Made by a program: the position numbers and the translations under genes. Below the pieces are notes generated by a model. That model saw only the letters and a list, made by a program, of their open reading frames with translations, made no database searches and was not told the origin of the DNA. Source: Candidatus Hadarchaeota archaeon (lineage in GTDB: Archaea > Hadarchaeota > Hadarchaeia > Hadarchaeales > JAGGTB01). From it: a stretch of 64,000 nucleotides of DNA. The stretch is from the NCBI GenBank assembly GCA_964384105.1, contig CAYLJV010000003.1, positions 96,001-160,000 of the forward strand, written 5' to 3'. Positions 49,080-59,551 of the stretch are shown piece by piece (within the stretch, counting starts at the first letter, position 1; each line of letters starts with the position of its first letter).

Positions 49080-49325
49080 TTAACCTAGTATCATTGGGAA
49101 CAGAGTCACGATATCCTTATTTTCCAGTGTATAACTTTTGTTTTGGTCTTTACCATTAACCATTATCAGTTTAGGTTCGCCTTTTTTAATACCGATTTGG
49201 TCTATTAAGGAGAGTATTGTACTTCCTTTTGGTAGTTTGACGGATTTTCCATGTACTCTTTCATATTTACGTCTGAGATTTCCCAGTAGCCTGACTTTTA
49301 CCTTGATATATTCATTTGATGACAA
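49080..49325 (-). CDS. MoaD/ThiS (SAMP-like) beta-grasp protein
   Basis: VKVRLLGNLR..MVNG..L..KD.V.LFP; ends ILG. Confidence 0.8.
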   Translation of the reverse strand: MSSNEYIKVKVRLLGNLRRKYERVHGKSVKLPKGSTILSLIDQIGIKKGEPKLIMVNGKDQNKSYTLENKDIVTLFPMILG

Positions 49326-49525
49326 GATTTTTCCTACCAGTTCGTTTACTAATATTCAACTTTTTCTCTTTTCGTAGTTTTTCCAATATGTCTTCGTATA
49401 GACTATTTAGATCAGTTCCTGTGCATTTATCTATTCTTAAAGAAGCCACGGTGGCTTACCTTCTTGAATGGTTGTCTATTCTTTTTACGAAAGTTTTTTG
49501 CCTGACTTTAATAGCTGTCTCTGAA

Positions 49526-50554
49526 TTAGGATAGGTAGAAGAGCATTACCATAAATGCTAGGTAAATTGTTACTAATGCAATTCCCTCTTTTCTTTTTAT
49601 TTCCCAATCAGTTTCTACAAAAGTGAGGAGTAATATGCTAAGTAGTATCAGAAACGGGGCGGTTATATAGAGAGTTGATTTGGTGACTGTGATGGAGGAT
49701 ATTGTCCCGGAGATACCTAATATAAGAAAGATATTCGAGATATTTGATCCTACTATATTACCTATGGCAATGTTTTTGTGACCCTGTTTTGCAGCAGAGA
49801 TCGTTACGGTGAATTCGGGTAAGGAGGTACCGATTGCTACTAGTGTTATACCTATCATCGTGTCCGGGAGTTTTAGGTACTGGGCAAAGTAAATTGATTC
49901 TTCAACAAGATATTTGGCTCCGAATATTATGGCCACCAAAGCAATAGCCAAAATGATAAAATCTTTGAGTCTACCTTTTTTGAATTCTTCTGGAGCTTTT
50001 TTTCTCCCTTTTTTATCGGAGATTATTTTATTTTTTATTTCGTTTAGATATTCAAATTTTACAAAAAATTTAATAAATTCCTTAAAGTGATAGCTTTCTT
50101 CCGATTTCGGTTTCTTCCTAAATAGAAACAATATGTAGACTAGGTAGAATAATAAAAATACTATCGATTCTATCCGAGAGATTATACCATTGATTATGAA
50201 AAAAAGGAAGAGAAAAGAAGAAAATAGCATTATATATCCGTCTCTGCCTAGTATTTCCTTATCTGTCTTTATTGCAGTAATACTAGCCGAAACTCCAATT
50301 ATAAGGCCGATGTTTGCTATGTTTGAACCTACTATATTACCTATCACTATTCCACTAGCCATCTGTAGTGAGGCCGTTACGGATGATGCAAGTTCAGGGA
50401 TGGAGGTTCCTATAGCGACTACCGTCAGACCGATTATGAATTCGGAAACTCCATAGCTTTCAGCTATCGAGGAGGAGGATTTAACAAAATAGTCCGCTCC
50501 TTTGACCAGGAGGATAAGTCCAAATAAGAAGAGTATGATGTGGATTTCAAGCAT
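49526..50554 (-). CDS. Ca2+/Na+ antiporter (YrbG family)
   Basis: Duplicated GTSxPE and GNIVGSNI alpha repeats. Confidence 0.93.
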   Translation of the reverse strand: MLEIHIILFLFGLILLVKGADYFVKSSSSIAESYGVSEFIIGLTVVAIGTSIPELASSVTASLQMASGIVIGNIVGSNIANIGLIIGVSASITAIKTDKEILGRDGYIMLFSSFLFLFFIINGIISRIESIVFLLFYLVYILFLFRKKPKSEESYHFKEFIKFFVKFEYLNEIKNKIISDKKGRKKAPEEFKKGRLKDFIILAIALVAIIFGAKYLVEESIYFAQYLKLPDTMIGITLVAIGTSLPEFTVTISAAKQGHKNIAIGNIVGSNISNIFLILGISGTISSITVTKSTLYITAPFLILLSILLLTFVETDWEIKRKEGIALVTIYLAFMVMLFYLS

Positions 50555-50653
50555 AACCTTCTGTTTATGAAAATAGTCTTACATGCTAAATAAATTCTTT
50601 AATTGTCAATACAAATTGCGGTTTGGTAATTTTTCTGAAAATCCTTATTGATT

Positions 50654-51040
50654 TTATAAGACTGTTTCTAGTAAATCTCTAACTTTTCTCTCGATTTTGT
50701 CTCTGGCTTCTCTAAATTTTTCTATTAATTTACCGGCAGGGTCTTCTATGCTTCATTCTAATAGTAGTTTTACCTAGTGGAGCAGGGCAAGCTTCCAGAC
50801 CACACCCCATTGTCACGACAAGGTCTATATCCTCTAACTCTTTTGCTTTGATACTTTTTGGTATGTGAGAACTTATGTCGATGCCTTTTTCTTTCATTAC
50901 TATGACGGCTTTTGTTTACCTCATCCGCGGGATTGGATACACCGCTGATGGCTTTAATCCTATTCCCCCTATTTTCTCGCAAATCCTTCGGCCATCTGAC
51001 TTCTGCATGCATTCTCAATACAAGCAAATAGTATTTTCAT
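50654..51040 (-). pseudogene. arsC: Arsenate reductase (LMW-PTP fold) pseudogene
   Basis: CIENACRSQMAEG then TAG; frameshifted VTMGCG..ACP and EDPAG..FREARD. Confidence 0.85.
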
Positions 51041-51073
51041 AAACCTACCTTCTTGTTCCAAAAATAAAACTGG

Positions 51074-51538
51074 TTAGCATTTCCGGCATTCGTTAATAAC
51101 TTCTTTCAACTCTTTTGTCCTACCTTTTGGGATCTGATTTTGGACTAATCCTTCTGAATTTAGGAGACCGCATCCGATTATCTGATTTTCTAGCTTTAAT
51201 GCGACATAGCCTGGGTTTTTCTTTTTACTTTGTATTCGTTCTCCGGAGATCAGTTTTTTTGCCTGTTCTAAACTTATTTTTACTATATTCTTATTGATTG
51301 AGTCACCCAAAAATTGGAGAACGTAAGTTGTGGGTTTCGGCCCGATTTTATCTATTCTGAGGGCTCTTAGACCGGTTGCAACGAATTTTTCTTCTAATTG
51401 TAACTCTTTTGAACGTATCCATATGCTATCGCTCCTCTCGTGCGTTTTAAATTTCTTCCAAAAAGATTTCCTTACCCCAAATCTCTCATGGAAGTATTCT
51501 TCAAGCTTTCTTTTCGAATTTGGCAATGAATATTCCAC
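51074..51538 (-). CDS. NIP7/RsmF C-terminal PUA-like protein
   Basis: KPTTYVLQ..GYV.L..IGCG..NQIPK; coupled to methyltransferase. Confidence 0.75.
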   Translation of the reverse strand: MEYSLPNSKRKLEEYFHERFGVRKSFWKKFKTHERSDSIWIRSKELQLEEKFVATGLRALRIDKIGPKPTTYVLQFLGDSINKNIVKISLEQAKKLISGERIQSKKKNPGYVALKLENQIIGCGLLNSEGLVQNQIPKGRTKELKEVINECRKC

Positions 51539-52379
51539 CTGAATTTAATTGATGGGGATATACTCTGATACACTTTTTTAGTTTATTATCCATTTGAGTT
51601 CCACTCCATTTCGTTATTCCCTTGGAATGGAATAACTCAAGTTTTGGGTCTATTAAATCTCCCTTGTCCAAAAATTTGGATACGACTAACTCGTTTTCTT
51701 CAGGAGCAAAGGTGCATGTAGAATATACTATTTCTCCTCTTTCTTTACACAGCTTGAATGCTTTCTCGAGTAATTTTGTCTGTAAGTTTGAGAGTTCTTT
51801 TATTTGTTCTAAGTCAGCTCCTTCTTCAGTGAATTTCTTTCCTCTCAAATTTCCTTCTGCGGAACACGGAACGTCTACAAGAATTTTATCGAATTTTTTT
51901 GATTCAGGTAAATTTCTTGCGTCTCTTTCGGTTACTTTCACGTTTACACACCCCATCCGATAGAGGTTGGAGAGGAGGCTCCTAGTTTTTCCTGCCCTAA
52001 CATCATTTGCTAGTATATGTCCTTTGTTTTCCATCATGGCAGATATCTGAGTAGTCTTGCTGCCCGGAGCGGCGCACATATCGAGGACTTTTTCTTCAGG
52101 TTTTGGTTTTAAGACTACTGGTGGTATTCCGGAAACTGTTTCCTGAATATAGTATTTACCCAGCCAATGGCCTAGCGTTTTACTCGGATTTTGCTTTAGT
52201 TTAAAGAAATTTTCGTTCCATTTTCTTTGCTCGAAGTTGATTTGCTCTCTATTTAGGAGTTCCATCACTTCTTTGATAGAGGATTTGATGGTGTTTACTC
52301 TTATCTCAATTGGCTGTGCGATATTCAAAACTTTCTTAAAATTTTTGTAATTGGGTATTATTTCTCTATATCTTTCCAT
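51501..52379 (-). CDS. RsmB/NOP2-family RNA m5C methyltransferase
   Basis: DMCAAPGSKT, DVPCS, YSTCT..ENE. Confidence 0.93.
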   Translation of the reverse strand: MERYREIIPNYKNFKKVLNIAQPIEIRVNTIKSSIKEVMELLNREQINFEQRKWNENFFKLKQNPSKTLGHWLGKYYIQETVSGIPPVVLKPKPEEKVLDMCAAPGSKTTQISAMMENKGHILANDVRAGKTRSLLSNLYRMGCVNVKVTERDARNLPESKKFDKILVDVPCSAEGNLRGKKFTEEGADLEQIKELSNLQTKLLEKAFKLCKERGEIVYSTCTFAPEENELVVSKFLDKGDLIDPKLELFHSKGITKWSGTQMDNKLKKCIRVYPHQLNSGGIFIAKFEKKA

Positions 52380-52463
52380 TCAAGGTTAGCATGGGCGTGA
52401 CGATGAATAAATTCTGGTCATTTACTGATAGTTTTATTAATGGTATCATCTCCAATTCTCTAT

Positions 52464-52755
52464 TGCTGGCGAGCCGGTGGACGGCTCACGGGGATCTCCT
52501 GAGGAAACTCCGCCCACCGGACGGGACCGCAGGGTCGAAAGGACCCCGGCTGAGAGGCCGGACCCTGGAACAGAAACGATACCTCCCAGTCTCCAGGCGA
52601 TGATGCAGTCAATGCTGAGGTCGGGCTGGTGGAGGGTGGAACGGCCAATCTGCGGGGTGCAAGGGCAAAAAACCGCCGATGAATTCCCGTCGGAGGCGGG
52701 TGGTAGCCCGCTAAGCTGAATGCCGTCTAGAACAGAAGGCGGGTTACGGCCGGCA
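52464..52755 (+). ncRNA. rnpB: RNase P RNA
   Basis: GAGGAAACTCCGCCC and AACAGAAGGCGGGTTA (P4), GGAACAGAAAC, GGGTGCAAG; terminal P1 pairing. Confidence 0.95.
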
Positions 52756-52940
52756 CGCCGGTTTCATTTCGACTTCTAATATTCTTGATTATGGTTTTTA
52801 CAGATATCCTTAAACACTTCAGATTTTGTTATGAATCTCAGATTTCCGACTTGAAAAGACCAAATTTTCTCTATTTTTAGAAAAAGGATAGCTTTTTACC
52901 CAAAATTTACTTAAACTCTTTTCGCGAATAAGCACTTCGT

Positions 52941-53312
52941 GTGGTGTTACGAAAAATGACCAAAGCAGAAAATCCGGTCCTGAGAAGATTGGTGAAGAGG
53001 CTTCGAAAGATTAGTAAAGACTCTGGAGCTAATGTTTGGGAAGAGTTGGCCCGAGGATTGGGTAAGTCGAATAGAGCTAGGGCCGAGGTAAATGTTAGTC
53101 AGATATCTCGTCACACATATGAGGGCGATACTATAGTTGTTCCAGGAAAGGTCCTTGGATCGGGTAGATTAAATCACTCTCTCTCTGTTGCGGCTTTCGA
53201 CTTTTCGAGCCGAGCTAGGGAACTTATATTGGCTGAAGGCGGAGAAGTCTTGACGATTGATGAACTTTTGGATAAAAATCCTAAAGGGGAAGGAATTAAA
53301 ATAATAAAGTGA
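52941..53312 (+). CDS. rpl18e: 50S ribosomal protein L18e
   Basis: VVPGKVLGSG; ATG 52956 is an alternative start. Confidence 0.95.
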   Translation: MVLRKMTKAENPVLRRLVKRLRKISKDSGANVWEELARGLGKSNRARAEVNVSQISRHTYEGDTIVVPGKVLGSGRLNHSLSVAAFDFSSRARELILAEGGEVLTIDELLDKNPKGEGIKIIK

Positions 53313-53743
53313 TTTTGATGATAGTTGATGCTACTGATTTGGTTTTGGGAAGAATAGCAAGTCGAATAGCGAAGAACTTGCTTGAAGGCGAAGAAGTAAC
53401 AGTGGTTAATGCGGAGAAAGCAGTTATATCTGGGAGCAAAAAGTCAACTTTGAGCGAATACGACGCGTGGACCAATATAAGAACCTTGGTTGATCCCAGT
53501 CAAGGTCCCTTTCATCCTAAAAAACCCGAAGACCTGTTGAGAAAGACTGTTAAAGGAATGTTGCCAATGAAGAAGGCAAAAGGCAGAGAAGCCTTCAGGA
53601 GGTTGAAGGCTTATCAAGGAACGCCTTCAAGGTTCGAGAACGAGGAAATGGAAACATTCCCCAAAGCAAATGTTTACAATTTGAGTACCCGTCGTTTTAT
53701 TAGACTGAATGAGCTTAGCAAGCAATTGATGGGTGGAAATTAG
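53309..53743 (+). CDS. rpl13: 50S ribosomal protein L13
   Basis: VLGRIAS..NAEKAVISG..GMLP. Confidence 0.95.
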   Translation: MILMIVDATDLVLGRIASRIAKNLLEGEEVTVVNAEKAVISGSKKSTLSEYDAWTNIRTLVDPSQGPFHPKKPEDLLRKTVKGMLPMKKAKGREAFRRLKAYQGTPSRFENEEMETFPKANVYNLSTRRFIRLNELSKQLMGGN

Positions 53744-53753
53744 GTTAGATAAT

Positions 53754-54152
53754 ATGAAAACTATTCAAACTACAGGAAAGAGAAAATCTGCGGTGGCCAG
53801 AGCTACTGTTAAGAAGGGATTTGGGAACATATACATAAATAAGAAATCGCTAGATGTGTTTGAACCCGAAATCGCTAGATTGAAGATAAAAGAGCCTATT
53901 CGACTTGCTCCAGATGTTTCAGAAAAAGTGGATATCGAAGTCAACGTTTCGGGCGGTGGATTTATGGGTCAGGCTGATGCCAGTAGGACAGCAATAGCTA
54001 AGGGTTTGGTTGAGTGGAGTGATGATGAAGAAGTGTACAAAAGGTTTAAGGAATATGATGAAACACTAATCAAAAGCGACACCCGTCAGAAGGAATCCAA
54101 GAAACCTGGCGGTCGAGGCGCTAGGAAAAAGAGACAGAAATCATATAGGTGA
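53754..54152 (+). CDS. rps9: 30S ribosomal protein S9
   Basis: GKRKSAVARA, GGGFMGQA, QKSYR. Confidence 0.96.
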   Translation: MKTIQTTGKRKSAVARATVKKGFGNIYINKKSLDVFEPEIARLKIKEPIRLAPDVSEKVDIEVNVSGGGFMGQADASRTAIAKGLVEWSDDEEVYKRFKEYDETLIKSDTRQKESKKPGGRGARKKRQKSYR

Positions 54153-54353
54153 TTGATTATGATGCGACCTGTTAGATGTTTTAGCTGTGGAAAACCTCTT
54201 GGCGACAAGTATGAAGAGTTTGAAAAAAGGATTTCAGAAGGAGAAAAGCCTAAGGAAATCTTCGAAGACATGGGTATCAAGAGGTATTGTTGTCGTAGGA
54301 TGATCTTCGCGAGTGTTGATGCTACGGAAGAAATGATGAAGTTTAAGAGGTAA
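54153..54353 (+). CDS. rpoN: RNA polymerase subunit N
   Basis: PVRCFSCGK, RYCCRRM. Confidence 0.96.
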   Translation: MIMMRPVRCFSCGKPLGDKYEEFEKRISEGEKPKEIFEDMGIKRYCCRRMIFASVDATEEMMKFKR

Positions 54354-54379
54354 ATACTCTTTTTTACTTAATTTGGATT

Positions 54380-55738
54380 TTATTCTATTGGACAGGATAC
54401 TGAATTCCAACCTGCAGTTCCACCCAATATGACGGTCAGATTGTCCCAACCGTTCCTTTTTAGAATACTGGCAGCAATCGTAGAGCGCAGCCCGCTCCCA
54501 CAGAAGATGTATATTTGCTTATTTTTGGGTATTTTTTCTAGATTTTTTGGAATTTGTGTTAGGTGAATGTGATTGGCGTCGGAAATTCTATTTGTCTTAA
54601 CTTCTTCTTCACTTCTTACATCCAAAATCCAGGCGGATTCCTCCTTACTATCGAGTAAACCACAGAAGTCATGAACGTCGATTGTCCTTATAGCCTCGCT
54701 TTTGTGGCCTTTCTTATGCCAGGACAACATCCCGCCCGAGAGGTAACCCTCCAGATTATCGTAGCCTAACCGGATTAAATAACGAACTGCTTGGGTTGGG
54801 TCATTAGATTTATTGTTAAGGAGAATGGGTTTATCGTGGGGTATAAACCAACCTGCGAAGTTGGGTAGTCCCGCTTCCCAGATGGAGAGCGCTCCAGGAA
54901 TGTGAGCGGAGGCGAATCCGAGTTCTATTCTCGTGTCGACTACAATTGAGTCCTCCATTTTTTCGGAAAACTCGTCTGGAGAAAGAGGTTCAGGGGTTGG
55001 TAGATGTTCTAGAATGGGTGGTCCGTGGGTGTTTAATTTTTCCATCTTTCTGAAGTAGGGTGGTCTTTCGAGTTTGGCAGCGACTTTAGAGATAAAAACT
55101 TCTTTATCTTTGTGCTGAAGTTTGGGATTAGTACGTTTCTCCAAACCTACCGTAGTCCATAATCTTTCGCCTATGGATGATCCACAGACAGATCCTGCTC
55201 CATGAGCTGGGCATACTAATACCTCCTCACCAAGAGGAATTATCTTCTCGAATATCGAATCATAAAGTTTTCCTGCCATTTCTTCGGCTTTTTCCATGCC
55301 CATTAGGTCTACTCTACCTACATCCCCGGCGAATAGAACATCACCAGTGAAAATAATCCAGGGTTCTCCTTGGTCGTCTTTGAGTAGGTAGCTCATGCTT
55401 CCTGGTGTATGTCCTGGTGTGTGTATAGCTTCTATTTCTAAACGACCTACCCTCCAGAGTTGGCCTTCCTTTGCTTCTTTCCCATACTTGTAGTCTAATT
55501 GTGAGTCGGCATGCCAGATATCGGCGTTTGAGCGGGTAGCTAGCTCGGGTGAACCGATCAGGTAGTCCTCATTTCTGTGGGTTTCCAGTATATGCTTTAT
55601 ATCGTACCCTTTTTTCATTGCTTTTTCTATGTAAACTTGGCAGTCTCTTCGGGGGTCGATTACTATGGCTTCTCCGAGGTCTCCAATTAGGTAGGAATAG
55701 TGTGCTAGACCTTTTGATTCTATCCTCTCAAATAATAT
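54380..55738 (-). CDS. MBL-fold hydrolase with two rhodanese domains
   Basis: THRNED, HTPGHT, CGSGLRS; frame extends to ATA at 55738. Confidence 0.85.
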   Translation of the reverse strand: MLFERIESKGLAHYSYLIGDLGEAIVIDPRRDCQVYIEKAMKKGYDIKHILETHRNEDYLIGSPELATRSNADIWHADSQLDYKYGKEAKEGQLWRVGRLEIEAIHTPGHTPGSMSYLLKDDQGEPWIIFTGDVLFAGDVGRVDLMGMEKAEEMAGKLYDSIFEKIIPLGEEVLVCPAHGAGSVCGSSIGERLWTTVGLEKRTNPKLQHKDKEVFISKVAAKLERPPYFRKMEKLNTHGPPILEHLPTPEPLSPDEFSEKMEDSIVVDTRIELGFASAHIPGALSIWEAGLPNFAGWFIPHDKPILLNNKSNDPTQAVRYLIRLGYDNLEGYLSGGMLSWHKKGHKSEAIRTIDVHDFCGLLDSKEESAWILDVRSEEEVKTNRISDANHIHLTQIPKNLEKIPKNKQIYIFCGSGLRSTIAASILKRNGWDNLTVILGGTAGWNSVSCPIE

Positions 55739-55750
55739 TCTATCAACCCT

Positions 55751-57388
55751 TTATTTTTCTCTTAAACATAGAAAATAAAAAGACTGGTTTTCGGAATTTG
55801 ATTGATTTACAACTTGGCTACTACTAATAGTAGTGAAGACAGGACCGCGGATATCTATTTTCTTGTTATTGTTGGTAATGTACCTTCTGGCTGGTTTCTC
55901 AAGTTTTAGGTTTATATCTCCTAGTGATTCTACGATTGGGACTCTAACTTCTATTTCCCCTTTTCTGCTTTCTACCGCTTTTTCTATTTCCCGTGAAGCC
56001 ATGTTGGCAACGGCTTTCATGTACGTCAAGTCTGTTTTTATTCCCCCTTTGCGAACTTTTTGCAAAAATTCATCTTTTTTCAAACCCTCTGGAGGGACTC
56101 CTACTATATTACCGTCGAAAACATATATCTCGTTGAAGGCGGCTGGTCCTATTAGTTTAGTGTTTTCTTCTGGTTCCTTTACAAAAACAGAAATATCCTT
56201 TCCCTTCAAGTTCCCCTCGAAGACTTTAAATTCGCAGGGACTAGGCTTGTCTTTAAATTTATAAGCAACTCCTTCAATTTTTTCAGCCAGTTTTTTACCT
56301 TCTTTTGTCTCTGGTTTTTTATCAAATTCGAGCATTTCCGATATCTGTTTGTCAGAAAATTCTATTTTTTCGTATCTGTATGGATATACTATTCTTCGAA
56401 TATCTTCCTCTCCTGTTCGAATCATAAGGACCCTTTCGAGGCCAACTCCTAAATTGAAAACGGGATAAGGGATATCATAATTTGCTAACGAGACGGGGCT
56501 GTAAAATCCGGCATTTCCTATTTCAATCATCTCTCCCGTTTTCGGATGCCTTACAAAAATTTCGAATTCGGATCCCGGTGCATAATATTTTGATGTAGCA
56601 CTTTTTATTTTGCATTCGACTTTATCAAAACCGAATTTTTTCATAATCTTCCTTGCTATCCTTTTTCCATCTTCTAAACTCATTTTTTCTGACATGATTA
56701 CTATAGAACCGGTCCAAGAACGGTAAAGATGGGTTTTATCTAATTTTTGCTCTCTTCTATATTTTGGACCTACCGTAAATAGTTGGAGTGGTAGGGGTTC
56801 TCTGTTTTGCATCTCTTCTAAGATCTGAAACCAACCCGCCGTAGTGTGGGATCGAAGAGTCATATTTGAGGGAATAGGTTTCAGCTTTTTGAAGTCCTCA
56901 AAAAGTGATAGAATATGCGAAGCTTCACTTTCTTCTAGGTCAAGTTCTTCTACGAGAACTTCGGTGAGGTCATCTGATGATATTTCCCCCTGCTTGTATC
57001 TTCTAAAGATTCCTTCCAGCTCATTCGTTTTGCCGAATTCAGGAATCTCTTCTTTTATTTTTTCCAGATCTTTTTTACTTATGCCGAGATCAGAACGGTC
57101 TAGTCCAGCCAAAAAGAAAACCCTATCGAGAATTATGGGTGCTTCAGGCCCGTACTGTTTTCTAATTTCATCTTTTTCTATTAAGGTAGGAACTATCATT
57201 TCTTTGAATCCTAAATCTATCAGCTTGCTCCTCAGTTCTTGCACTAGGTCAAAAAGAGGGTGTTTTTCTCCCTTATTCTCAAGTTCGAAAAATTTTCCTT
57301 TTTCCTCGATTAATTCTCCTGATTCTTTCCATGCTTTTTCGTAGTTCTTTTCTGATTTTTCTTTCAGATTTTTGATATTATATCTCAT
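55751..57388 (-). CDS. sepS: O-phosphoseryl-tRNA(Cys) synthetase
   Basis: TLRSHTTAGWF, YRREQ, SKYY, NLGVGLER, DIRGPVF. Confidence 0.92.
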   Translation of the reverse strand: MRYNIKNLKEKSEKNYEKAWKESGELIEEKGKFFELENKGEKHPLFDLVQELRSKLIDLGFKEMIVPTLIEKDEIRKQYGPEAPIILDRVFFLAGLDRSDLGISKKDLEKIKEEIPEFGKTNELEGIFRRYKQGEISSDDLTEVLVEELDLEESEASHILSLFEDFKKLKPIPSNMTLRSHTTAGWFQILEEMQNREPLPLQLFTVGPKYRREQKLDKTHLYRSWTGSIVIMSEKMSLEDGKRIARKIMKKFGFDKVECKIKSATSKYYAPGSEFEIFVRHPKTGEMIEIGNAGFYSPVSLANYDIPYPVFNLGVGLERVLMIRTGEEDIRRIVYPYRYEKIEFSDKQISEMLEFDKKPETKEGKKLAEKIEGVAYKFKDKPSPCEFKVFEGNLKGKDISVFVKEPEENTKLIGPAAFNEIYVFDGNIVGVPPEGLKKDEFLQKVRKGGIKTDLTYMKAVANMASREIEKAVESRKGEIEVRVPIVESLGDINLKLEKPARRYITNNNKKIDIRGPVFTTISSSQVVNQSNSENQSFYFLCLREK

Positions 57389-57391
57389 TTC

Positions 57392-58024
57392 TCAGTCACT
57401 CACTTTTTTCTCAGCTTTGGTTAGAGCCTTTTCAAGTTTATTCTCTCTTACGGCTCGAGTAATATCTGCTCTTGTCTCTTCGAGAGAATTTCTTGCTACA
57501 TCGCGGCGATGTTTCATTCCGGGGAGAATTGAATCGGGGTAGTCAAACTGCTCCAATAGATCGAACATCTGCTCCATCATATCATAAGTTCTTTTTGCTT
57601 CTTTTAGCTCGTCTTCACGTAATGAGTCTAAAAAGTGCCTTCTGAGCTCTCCGATTGTTTCTGCGAGGGCTTGAGCGTAGCCTTTGTGAAGTACGCCTAT
57701 TTCAGTAGCTTTTGGTAGTTCTTCTTTTTCAATTATTGTTTTTGTTAGTACTAGTTCTGCAAATTCTCGATTTGCTGCTATAACGGCACCATGGTCTATA
57801 AATTGAGGTTCGGAATCTAATATTCTGTTTAATTTCTCGACATTTTGCCGGATTTTTTTAACTTTTTCTTCGAGTTCTTTTTTTTCTCCCCTATAAAGAG
57901 TAGCCATTGCTCTAGAACATTTTCGGATTACATTATGGGAGATATCCAGCAGGTTATCTCTAATTTCTTCTTGTTTGTCTAGATATTCTCTAATCTCGTT
58001 TACGGATTCAAACATATTGTTCAT
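57392..58024 (-). CDS. Translin family protein
   Basis: EFAE, AETIGELRR, RRDVAR. Confidence 0.85.
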   Translation of the reverse strand: MNNMFESVNEIREYLDKQEEIRDNLLDISHNVIRKCSRAMATLYRGEKKELEEKVKKIRQNVEKLNRILDSEPQFIDHGAVIAANREFAELVLTKTIIEKEELPKATEIGVLHKGYAQALAETIGELRRHFLDSLREDELKEAKRTYDMMEQMFDLLEQFDYPDSILPGMKHRRDVARNSLEETRADITRAVRENKLEKALTKAEKKVSD

Positions 58025-58078
58025 CTGAATTTAATCACTAAGTGATTTTAATTTTCTTCTTTGTTTTTCTCGGCAACT

Positions 58079-58507
58079 TTACTTTTGAAATTCCTCGGAA
58101 GGTTTGAGCATATTTGTTCGTTTGTATCGATTCTTTTCGATCGCATTTTTCTTCTCTAGGTTATTAACTAAAGCACTAAGTTTTGATTTAGAGAATTTGA
58201 GTTCTCTTCTCAGGTCATCTTGTCGGATTTCCCCGTTTTGCATTATTTTTCTTAAAACAGTCTCTTCGTCTTCGCTTAACGTCATGAGTGCAGTCTTGAT
58301 TGCTCTTTCTTTTATGTATTTATTTATGAGCCAGTAAAGGACTAGACCAATGACCGAAGAAATCGTGATTAGTATTATAATACTTACCCCTATGGAGTAG
58401 AGGTTTACTCCTGGCGTTCCTCCAGTCAGAGAGAATAGTACAATTCCTAGCCCACCCTGGAGTATGGCAACTATCAAAACGACTTGGAGAAAATCCTTGA
58501 ATTTCAT
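58079..58507 (-). CDS. Membrane-bound HTH transcription regulator
   Basis: Two TMs then LSEDE..Q..L..SKSKLS..LEKK. Confidence 0.8.
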   Translation of the reverse strand: MKFKDFLQVVLIVAILQGGLGIVLFSLTGGTPGVNLYSIGVSIIILITISSVIGLVLYWLINKYIKERAIKTALMTLSEDEETVLRKIMQNGEIRQDDLRRELKFSKSKLSALVNNLEKKNAIEKNRYKRTNMLKPSEEFQK

Positions 58508-58600
58508 TGTTAATATAAGCGTCTATTTTTTGTAAAAATTTTTGCACTCCTATTATCATTTGTGATAATAGTTTTTCTGGGGTTAATAATGGCTTTGGGA

Positions 58601-59551
58601 CTAGAATCCGGATTCAAGTAGTACTACTCTGCTTGGTTCAAATCCGTCTGTGATTCTGTAACCAGTTATGTCTGCTATTTTCTTTGCAAATTCCTTGATT
58701 TCAGAATATGTTGGCATATATTTCATACCTAATCTCGCTCTCGAGTGGCCCACTGCTACGTAGCCTTTCGGTTCAACGAAGTTCGGTTTGGCTTTTTCTA
58801 TAAGTCTGGCATAACCCGAGGGATTCTTCAGATTAAGTCCTTTTACCAAAGTTAAACGCAGAACATTGATGCTTTCGAATGATTGCATGAGTTCAAGACT
58901 TTCGTTTAATTTTTCCCATGGTTGGGGAGTCATGGGATTGCAAGTTTTGATATACGTTTTTTTATCTGGAGCGACTGTTGATATATAGAGCTGAGCTGGA
59001 TCTCTAATTTTTTCGAGATTTTCTGGGTGTTGTCCGTTGGTTACTAAAAATGGGGATATTTTTCGTTTTTGGCACTCTTCGATGAGTGTATCTAGCTTGG
59101 GATATAATGTGGGTTCTCCGTCCAACGATATTGCTGCTAGGTTAGGATTTTGGGCTTCCTTCCATTTTTCTTTGTCTGCGTTTGGATTACCCTTGAATCC
59201 GCTCAGAAGAAGTCTTTGTTCCTCTATAGCTTCCTCTATTATAGTAGACGGTTCATCAACAGGTCCATCCCATCGGGGTATATTATGTTTTACATTTCTC
59301 CAACAGAACTCGCATCTATTATCGCAGAAGGGTAGACTTGGGGTAATTTGGAGACATCTGTGACTTTTTATTCCGTGAATTTTTTCGTAAAACTTTTGTT
59401 TGTAGCAGATGCTTTCTCCTAGAATGCTTTTTTTGGTCCATCTACAGATTTTGATGGCGCTGTGTTTGTGTTTTCCGACTAATCGATATCCGCATTCTTC
59501 GATTTTTTCGATTTCTTCTGATTCAATCATCTTCCGAGCTCCGCGGTTCAA
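58601..59551 (-). CDS. taw1: 4-demethylwyosine synthase (radical SAM)
   Basis: HSAIKICRWT, CYKQKFY, CDNRCEFCWR. Confidence 0.93.
   Translation of the reverse strand: MNRGARKMIESEEIEKIEECGYRLVGKHKHSAIKICRWTKKSILGESICYKQKFYEKIHGIKSHRCLQITPSLPFCDNRCEFCWRNVKHNIPRWDGPVDEPSTIIEEAIEEQRLLLSGFKGNPNADKEKWKEAQNPNLAAISLDGEPTLYPKLDTLIEECQKRKISPFLVTNGQHPENLEKIRDPAQLYISTVAPDKKTYIKTCNPMTPQPWEKLNESLELMQSFESINVLRLTLVKGLNLKNPSGYARLIEKAKPNFVEPKGYVAVGHSRARLGMKYMPTYSEIKEFAKKIADITGYRITDGFEPSRVVLLESGF

Noticed and set aside
50770-51027. Track ORF of 85 aa
   Set aside because: Mostly an alternative frame of the arsC pseudogene
52391-52719. Short ORFs over the GC-rich region
   Set aside because: Region is RNase P RNA
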